DNA of 64,000 nt. Source: a virus. Both the position numbers and the translations under genes were made by a program. Positions 1 through 7,400 of the stretch are shown piece after piece (within the stretch, counting starts at the first letter, position 1; each line of letters begins with the position of its first letter). The DNA lies in IMG/VR virus record IMGVR_UViG_3300017963_000254, positions 1 to 64,000 of that record; one strand, 5' to 3'. Below the pieces are notes generated by a model. It did no database searches. It was not told the origin of the DNA and saw only the letters and a list, made by a program, of their open reading frames with translations.

Positions 1-1
1 C

Positions 2-166
2 ATGTTCACGTGCACACTGCGGCGCACGCTGGCGGTGGCTCGCAACCTCGCGCGCGGTCACACGCCCAGGCGCGCCTGGGAGTTCGCGGTCCTCAACCGA
101 GCGATCCCCGAGGACGCGGCCAAGATGCCCGAGACGCTCAACCGGATCTACGGCACGAAGTGGTAG
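2..166 (+). CDS. 3' end of probable CobS/CbbQ/MoxR-type AAA+ ATPase (partial)
   Basis: Open frame FTCTLRRTLAVARNLARG...AVLNRAIPEDA...KW* resembles the CbbQ-type C-terminal lid; lies directly upstream of a vWA gene, the usual pairing. Confidence 0.5.
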   Translation: MFTCTLRRTLAVARNLARGHTPRRAWEFAVLNRAIPEDAAKMPETLNRIYGTKW

Positions 167-1812
167 ACCGCCGCGCGCTGATGGACGCGCAGCAGTCTGT
201 CGTCACCGGGCTGCTGAGCGAAGGGGTGACGGTCGTCTACGATGCCGAGACCCCGTACGCCGATCTCCACTCTCGCGTGATGCACGTCCGTCCGCTGCCG
301 GAGGAGGTCGATGACACGGCGCTTCTGCATCTCCGCGCCGATTGCGATCACGAGATGTGCCACCTCGCGCGATCCGATCCAAAGGTGCTCGACGCGATCG
401 ATCGGCCGATGCTCAAGCTGGTGCACAACGCGATCGAGGACGGCTTCGTCGAGTTCTGGGGGGCGTCCATGTGGCTCGGCGTGGGCGAGAACCTGCGCCG
501 TTCGAACGACCTGGTCAGCGCAGACCTGCGAGAGAAGGCGACCGGCTCGCGCGCGTGCAGGAGGACGCGGGCTATCTCCGCGCTACAGTTCCTCGTCCTG
601 GGCGAGGACGTCTCGATCGCGTGTGCTCGGCTCGGTGAGGACATCCGGCCGATGCTCGAGGAGATCGCCCAGCTGGTGCCCGAGCTGCGCCTGGTGCGAA
701 GCAGTTCAGACGGGCGCGCGGCGGCCGAGAGGATCTGCAACGTCTGGCGATGGGGAAACCGCTCCGAGCCGAAACACAAGCCACTGCGCACCGAGGGGAA
801 GGCTCGCGCGCGCGAGGACAAGGTCGCGGCCTCGCTCGCGCCGATGCCCACCATCGCCAAGGCCAGGAAGGCGGCCATCCGCAAGATCGGGTCGGTGCCG
901 GGCTCCTACCGTGCCTACGTCAACCGAGACATCGTCGAGACCGTGCAGGTCACGGCCGACCACAGGACCGGGGTGGGCGAGTTCCTCCGGTCGGTCCGGC
1001 ACGTGGTGCCCCCGCTCCGGCGACGCCTCCTCATGGAGTTCCGGTCGACCGGCCGGCGCTACGAGTACGACCACAGGAGCGGCCAGCTGGACCGCAGCTC
1101 CCTGCACAGGATTGCGCTCGGCGACGACCGGATCTTCCGGCGGGAGGTCCCTGTTCCGGTGGTCGACGCCGATGTCACCCTGCTGGTGGACATCTCCGGT
1201 TCCATGACCCTCAAGGCCCCGTCCGGCGTGCCTCGTATCCGGCTCGCGGCCCAGGCCGCCGGCGCGACCAGCATGGTGCTGGATCTGATCGGCGTCCCGA
1301 ACGAGTGCCTGGCGTTCACGACCCGGGATGGCTTCGTCCCCCCTGGTGTGCTCGAGGAGTTCGAGGCCGGCGCCTACCAGCGAGTTCGAGCGCTCCGCCA
1401 TCTGGTCATCAAGGACGTCCGGCAGAGCTTCCGGCAGGCCCGAGCCGGCTTCGTGGCCATGGCAGACTTCATGGGCTGCGACGAGAACATCGACGGCGAG
1501 TCTCTGCTATGGGCGTCCCGGCGGCTCCTCGCTCGAGCGAGACGCGGTGTCGTGCCGATCCTGATCGTCTACAGCGATGGCGCTCCCGCCAGCTCGCCCG
1601 AGGACTGTGGGGCTCTGGCGGTTCACCTCAAGCGCGCGGTCGAGCGCGCGACGGCTGCCGGTGTCATCGTGCTGATGGTGGGAATCGGGACCAGCTCCGT
1701 CGAACGCTTCTGCCGGAACACCGTAGTGATCGGCGACATAAGCGAGCTGGTGGAAGCGAGTTACAGCCTACTCCGCCGGGTTCTCCGGCGATCTCAAAAA
1801 GTCCGATTCTGA
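160..1812 (+). CDS. CobT-like vWA domain protein
   Basis: HEMCH and NAIED motifs near N-terminus; MIDAS LLVDISGSM ... IVYSDG. Start GTG160 or ATG181; the ORF-track extension to 10 overlaps the upstream gene. Confidence 0.8.
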   Translation: MVDRRALMDAQQSVVTGLLSEGVTVVYDAETPYADLHSRVMHVRPLPEEVDDTALLHLRADCDHEMCHLARSDPKVLDAIDRPMLKLVHNAIEDGFVEFWGASMWLGVGENLRRSNDLVSADLREKATGSRACRRTRAISALQFLVLGEDVSIACARLGEDIRPMLEEIAQLVPELRLVRSSSDGRAAAERICNVWRWGNRSEPKHKPLRTEGKARAREDKVAASLAPMPTIAKARKAAIRKIGSVPGSYRAYVNRDIVETVQVTADHRTGVGEFLRSVRHVVPPLRRRLLMEFRSTGRRYEYDHRSGQLDRSSLHRIALGDDRIFRREVPVPVVDADVTLLVDISGSMTLKAPSGVPRIRLAAQAAGATSMVLDLIGVPNECLAFTTRDGFVPPGVLEEFEAGAYQRVRALRHLVIKDVRQSFRQARAGFVAMADFMGCDENIDGESLLWASRRLLARARRGVVPILIVYSDGAPASSPEDCGALAVHLKRAVERATAAGVIVLMVGIGTSSVERFCRNTVVIGDISELVEASYSLLRRVLRRSQKVRF

Positions 1813-1822
1813 CGGATGTCCT

Positions 1823-1831
1823 GGGTATAAC
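1823..1831 (+). promoter_or_regulatory. GGGTATAAC promoter-like motif
   Basis: Member of the recurrent GGGTA[GT]AAC family; upstream of SSB gene. Confidence 0.55.
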
Positions 1832-1879
1832 GATGCCACGGCCCGTCGTGTTGTGACAAAGGCCGAGAAAGAAGGAGAA

Positions 1880-2665
1880 ATGGGTTACTCAGGTGATGGT
1901 GGACCTCCCCCGCCTCCGGGCCAGGGAGGGGGCTTCAAGAGAAACGATCCGCAGTACGGGTTCAGCGAGCAGGTCACGAAGGACGGCAAGACCTTCATGA
2001 AGAGGGTCAAGACCTGGTACCTGCCGCCCGGGGCGAACGACAAGCCGTGCGTGATGCTGGACAGGAAGGGCAACCGCTACACGCTCACGATTCACGAGTT
2101 CGTCGGCCCGGATGGACGGAAGGGTTCGATGGTCCGCTGCATCGCGCGGGCGAACCCGAAGGAGGGCTGTCCGCTCTGCGACGCCCTCGGCAAGGAGGGG
2201 CGCTGGTACTGGGCGCTCACCTGCATCGACAAGAGCCGGTTCATTCCCAAGGAGGGAAGAAACGTCGGCAACGTCTACACCAACTTCCGCCGGCTGGTCC
2301 TCGTCACGTCCAAGGGATTCGACGACATGAAGGCGATCGAGGGCAAGTCCGAGGGCGGCTGGCACGGCCGGCGGTTCGACGTCTCGCGATCCGACGACTC
2401 GAAGAGCGCGAAGATCGGGACCAACTGGTTCCCCAACACTGATCAGCCCTCGCTCACCGACGATGAGATGAAGGCCGAGTTCGCCGAGGCGGCCGACAAC
2501 TACGGCATCCCCATCGAGAAGTTCATCGAGCCGTTCAACTACGATACCGTGCTGGCCCTGCCGAGCTACGACGAGGCCAAGCAGATCGCAGCCGCGATCA
2601 AGGGCACGGTCGATGGCGGTGGCGAGGACTCCCCCGAGGGGGACTCCGGCGCTATTTCGTTTTAG
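1880..2665 (+). CDS. Phage single-stranded DNA-binding protein (gp32-like)
   Basis: AAGGAG SD; H..C...CPLC metal motif; acidic tail ending in aromatic residue (EDSPEGDSGAISF); replication context. Confidence 0.6.
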   Translation: MGYSGDGGPPPPPGQGGGFKRNDPQYGFSEQVTKDGKTFMKRVKTWYLPPGANDKPCVMLDRKGNRYTLTIHEFVGPDGRKGSMVRCIARANPKEGCPLCDALGKEGRWYWALTCIDKSRFIPKEGRNVGNVYTNFRRLVLVTSKGFDDMKAIEGKSEGGWHGRRFDVSRSDDSKSAKIGTNWFPNTDQPSLTDDEMKAEFAEAADNYGIPIEKFIEPFNYDTVLALPSYDEAKQIAAAIKGTVDGGGEDSPEGDSGAISF

Positions 2666-2716
2666 GTAGTATTCCAGAAGCCCGTGCTATCATGGTGTCT
2701 CCAGCGAGGAGGCACC

Positions 2717-3490
2717 ATGAGCACGGTAGCGGTTGGAGACGCCTACGGGATGTGGACGGTGGTCACGGCGGCGGAGCCGCTCGTTAGCGGCAAGAAGCGG
2801 AAGCGGAAGCTGCGACGGTGGCTCTGCCGATGCGACTGCGGCAACGAGCGACGTGTTCTGGAGAAGAACCTCAAGAACGGCGGCTCGACCGGGTGCGGGT
2901 GCCAGCTGTCGTACGGGATCCGATGGACCGACGAGTTGATCGAGGAGCGGCTGAGAGAGCATTCGGGAGAGTTGGGGCGTATGCCGACGTCCGTTGAGCT
3001 TTGCGAGCGGGAAGGTGACTCGGCCCTCGCGACGATCGTCGGTCGGCGCGGCGGCTATCGGGTGTGGGCCTACCGGATCGGTCTGCCGCTGTCGGGAGGT
3101 ACGGTTCACCGAGGTGCCGCGTGGGAGGATCACGAGGAGCGCTTCTTCCGGGAGCTGGGTCTTGCGGTCGTCCGACAACGGACCAAGGCGGTGTTCGATC
3201 TGCTGGTTGCCGAGCGTCGGGTAGATGTGAAGTCCGCGAGATGGTCGGCGTATGCGCGGGGCGCGACAACGGTGCGCGGCTACGTGTTCGGTAACCTGCG
3301 CGGTGGGACTGACTGCGACTTCTTCGATCTGCTCTGTATCGAGGATGGCGCCGTCGCTCACCGTTTCATCATTCCAAGCAGCGCGACTCGGGTGCAGACG
3401 CTCACGATCACCGAGCGGACCCTGGGCGGGTTCGGCAAGTACTCCGAGTGGCGGGACCGCATCGACCTGCTGTCTGGCGAGTCTCGATGA
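2717..3490 (+). CDS. Free-standing homing-endonuclease-like protein (CxCDCG domain, helical repeat, PD-(D/E)XK nuclease)
   Basis: GAGGAGG SD; WLCRCDCGN...TGCGC; WTDELI...LGRMPT; FDLLVAERRVDVKSA. Confidence 0.65.
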   Translation: MSTVAVGDAYGMWTVVTAAEPLVSGKKRKRKLRRWLCRCDCGNERRVLEKNLKNGGSTGCGCQLSYGIRWTDELIEERLREHSGELGRMPTSVELCEREGDSALATIVGRRGGYRVWAYRIGLPLSGGTVHRGAAWEDHEERFFRELGLAVVRQRTKAVFDLLVAERRVDVKSARWSAYARGATTVRGYVFGNLRGGTDCDFFDLLCIEDGAVAHRFIIPSSATRVQTLTITERTLGGFGKYSEWRDRIDLLSGESR

Positions 3491-4380
3491 AAGTTCCATG
3501 GCTCCAGTCGTTCTGCGTCGATGTCCAAGACGGTTGCCCGGACATCCCCGACGCGAGCTGCGACGTGGCGTTCTTCTCACCGCCATACAAGAAGGCGGAT
3601 GGCTACAGCGACGACCTGATGTTCTCGCTCGGCCAGGTGCTCGTCCGCGTGATGAAGCCTGGCGGTCGGATCTTCCTCAACTTCGGCTTCCTCCGGGAGA
3701 GCCTGGGCCGGCCCTACGAAGCGATGGGTCAGCTGGTGGCCGGGAGCTGGTGGAACGCCGACACGATCGGGCACGTCGGCTTCGATCAAGGCACGACGAT
3801 CGCCTGGGTCAAGAGCGCCGCCTTCCCGAGCTGGCGCGAGCTGATCCTCGAGTACCTCAAGGGGCTCCCGCGCGGTAGCAGCACAGCCGCGACGAGCGTG
3901 CTCAGGAAGATCCTCCGGGAGCCGGGCCGGATGACCCAGCGCGGCCACTACCAGCCGATCACCGGTACCGACAAGGTCTTGAACTACTGCTGGGAGCCGG
4001 TGTTCACGCTGTGGAAGCCGCCAGAGCCGGACTTCGATAGGCTCGCGGTCGGTGTCCCGTTCACGCACAAGAGCAACCAGACTCGCGGAACACGCGGGCA
4101 GTATGGCGATCTCCACTGCGCTGGCGATGTGTGGTTCATCCCGCACAAGACGACTGGCAAGGAGAAGAAGAAGAAGCACAAGCACGAGTTCCCCGAGGCG
4201 CTCGTCGAGCGGGTGCTGAAGGTGAGCGGCGTGCCGGTCGGCGGAACGGTCTTTGATCCGTTCCTCGGCTCAGGAACAACCGCCGTGGTCGCGAAGCGAC
4301 TGGGGCTGAACGTCTACGGAACCGACAAAGACCGCCGGGAGCTGCGCGTAGCGCGGACTCGGTGGGCCAAGGAGGTGTAG
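3487..4380 (+). CDS. DNA methyltransferase, N4-C/N6-A, beta class
   Basis: FFSPPY (motif IV) before FDPFLGSGTT (motif I); ATGA overlap with upstream stop. Confidence 0.85.
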   Translation: MKVPWLQSFCVDVQDGCPDIPDASCDVAFFSPPYKKADGYSDDLMFSLGQVLVRVMKPGGRIFLNFGFLRESLGRPYEAMGQLVAGSWWNADTIGHVGFDQGTTIAWVKSAAFPSWRELILEYLKGLPRGSSTAATSVLRKILREPGRMTQRGHYQPITGTDKVLNYCWEPVFTLWKPPEPDFDRLAVGVPFTHKSNQTRGTRGQYGDLHCAGDVWFIPHKTTGKEKKKKHKHEFPEALVERVLKVSGVPVGGTVFDPFLGSGTTAVVAKRLGLNVYGTDKDRRELRVARTRWAKEV

Positions 4381-4399
4381 CGACTCGATCGTCTTCACG

Positions 4400-4456
4400 G
4401 CTCCTCGTATCGGCCCGATGAGTATTCGAGGCGACAGAGACCCGGAAACGAGGGGC
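4400..4456 (+). other. Stem-loop upstream of DNA polymerase
   Basis: GCTCCTCGT (4400-4408) pairs with ACGAGGGGC (4448-4456), one G-U pair. Confidence 0.35.
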
Positions 4457-4499
4457 TTACTTCAGCGTGGTGTGCCGGGCCGCCACTGAGAGAGTTCTC

Positions 4500-7400
4500 A
4501 TGCCACAGCTCATCAAAGACATCGACACCGGCGACGTAGAGCCGGTTCGCCTCATAGACACCGCGCGTTCGCGCGGTGCTTTCGTATTCGATCTCGAGAC
4601 TACAGGTCTCGTGCCCAGGCGTGACCGTATCGAGGGCATCGCCTTCTACGTTCCGCCTGACGAGCCGACGCAGACACCCGAGCTGCGGGCCTGGTACCCG
4701 TTCATCCCCGACTCGTATCGCACGTGGGTTCAGCCTGACGATGGCGGCAAGCCGATCGTCAAGAACCTCCGGGCGGCGATGCCCCAGGCCGAGACGATGG
4801 CAGCGCTCCGGCCGCTGTTCGAGGAGAGCCCGGGAACGATCGCGGTCGCCCACAACTGCCTTCAATACAACACGCGCGTTTTGCTTGCTGATGGCTCAAC
4901 CGAGCTTATCGGGAAGATCGTCAACCAGCGGTTGCCTGTATCTGTCATGTCGTGGGATGGCGAGCGGTTTGTCGCAAAGCGGGTAACGAACTGGTGGCGG
5001 AACGGCCGGAGAGACGACTGGTACAAGCTGACCCTGTCTCACAAACCCGTGGGCGCGTGCCTGTACGTTACCGGCGACCACGAGGTCTACTTGTCGAATG
5101 AGGAGAAGAGGCGAGTAGCAGACCTTCGGCCCGGCGATGTGCTGCTGCGGTCAGAACCGCTTCTCTCTCCAGCGCAGAAGCAAGTGGTGCTCGGGACCGC
5201 GCTCGGAGACGGGAGTTTCACTAGAACATCGGCGAGCGTGAGTCACTTCCTGTCTGTGGGACATGCGCCGTCTCAGGAGGAGTATCTCGACTGGAAGGTC
5301 AGGATGCTCGGGCGCATGGTCAGTTCTCGATGGGAGGAGGCCAACAATCGCGGTTTTAGCGCCGCCGATGGTCGGATCATCAAGCTGCGGACAATCAACA
5401 GTGAGCAGTTCAGTCGTGCTGCCGAGACCGTTGTGGTGAACGGCCGGCGGCGGATTTCAGAAGAGGTGCTGGAAAACCTCGACGCTCGTGGGCTCGCCGT
5501 CTGGTACATGGATGACGGCAGCGTATGCGTCCGTAGAGGCGCGCTCTCCGCTGTTCGTCTACATGTCTACGCCTACCCGATTGACGACGTCGAACGTCTC
5601 TGCCACTGGCTCGCCGAGCGGTGGAGCATCATCGCCAAGAAGAGAAAGAAGACCGATCGCGGCGAATTCAAGGGCTACTACATCGAGATGACTGGAGAGA
5701 ACGCGCTCGCATTCTCCAAACTCGTTGCGCCGTTCGTGGTCCCGTCGATGTCGTACAAGCTGGCGCCCGGCGACCGGGGCGCGTTCGTCGATTGGACCGA
5801 GCGATTCGAGCATCCATCGCCGGCGACAGTGGTCAGCGTGGGTCGTTGTGGTATGCCGTCGAGCTACAGTCGAGTAGGTTTCGATCTGGAAGTGGAGGAC
5901 ACGCACCGATACTTCGCCAGCGGGATTCTCGTCTCGAATTGCAAGTTCGATGTCGCGTTCCTCAAGTACGCGAGCGGCTGCGCTCGCGGCTACTGGATGG
6001 AGCGTTCGGCCGTCGATCAGCTGGGCAACCTGGTCCGAGACGACGCCAACGAAGACCCGGCCCAGTGGTGGTGCAACGGCCTGCTCCTCGCCGACTCGAT
6101 GCTGGCCGACTTCCTCTGCGACGAGAACCTCTACCAGTACGGCCTGAAGCACCGGGTGAAGGACGTGCTCGGCCACGAGATGACGACCTACGTGGACGTG
6201 GCCCGTACCCGCAAGCAGGGCGTGCTGTCGTTCATGGCCGACGACGTCCAGACGCTCGGTTACTACGCGATGGAGGACTGCTACTGGACCTGGCGCCTCT
6301 TCGAGGACCGGATGCGGGAGCTGGACAGTCAGACGCCCGGCAAGCCGATTCCAGAGGAGGCGGTCGACGCGCTCGCCTGGCTCTACGAGGAGGGGCTCAA
6401 GCTCAGCCCGTTCGACAAGACTCGGGCGATGGGCAACCTCGAGCGGCTCTTCTGGGGGATCGACATGAGGATCTGCCAGATTCTCGAAGAGATGGAGAGC
6501 ACTGGCATCCTCATCGACTGGAAGTGGCTCCGGCAGGTCACCAAGGATCTCGAGGAGAAGAAGGAGAAGATCATCCGGCGGATCGAGGAGCGCATCGGCT
6601 GGACGCTGAACCCGAACAGCCAGCCGCAGGTCAGCGCGCTCCTCTTCAGCGCGAAGGAACACGGCGGCCTGGGGCTCAACTCCAAGGGGATCAAGCGCGG
6701 CAAGAGCGGCGGGATCTCGACCGGGTCGAAGGAGATCGGCCACCTACGCCGGGCCGATCCGATCGTGGCCGACATCCTCGACTGGCGATCAGCTGATACC
6801 GTGCGGGCGAACTTCTCCGAGAAGCTCGCTCGGATCGCTCAGGAGGAGCCCGACTGCCGGGTCTACTCTCACTTCAACCAGACCGGGACCGTGATCCATC
6901 GTTTGTCGTGCATCGCCGGATCGTCAAAGCTCGCCGTTCGCGTAGGAAACGACGAATACAAGCGTTCAACCAGAATCTCAGAGCTGTTGCGGTTTAGCGG
7001 CCAGACCGTTACCATCGAGACGCACAAGGGGCGGGAGCGCCGGATTACGCACCTGGTCAACAAGGGTCCGGGCTTCATGTTCGACGTGGAGACCGACGAT
7101 GGCTGCAAGATCCGCTGCACGGCCGACCACCGCTTCCTCACCGAGCGTGGGTGGCGTGCTCTCAAGGACATCCGTGTCGGGGACCGGCTTGTTCGAGCCG
7201 AGTTACGTGCGGCTCCTGCGGCCGGTGGACGGACGACGCTGGGTTCTGGATCGGCCGTCGTTCCTGCGGATCTTCGTGAAGGACACGCGGGCGGTGCGCT
7301 GGAAGATCCCGGACTACGGGCTGTCGAACGGGATCGCGCTGGTCTGCAAGGCGATCTACGGCTGGGAGTTCCCGCACCTGTTTCGGGGAACGCCGACGAA

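Noticed and set aside
160-1812. Cobalamin biosynthesis role for the CobS/CobT-like pair
   Set aside because: No CobN or other cob genes; phage AAA-vWA pairs are generally chaperone-like
4400-4456. Hammerhead ribozyme (GTA, CCGATGAG, GAAAC present)
   Set aside because: Core is CCGAUGA not CUGAUGA, only 5 nt are available for stem I, and stem II lacks the closing G-C pair
4478-4492. Cobalamin riboswitch suggested by GCCACTG
   Set aside because: No other conserved B12-element blocks here or before nrdJ
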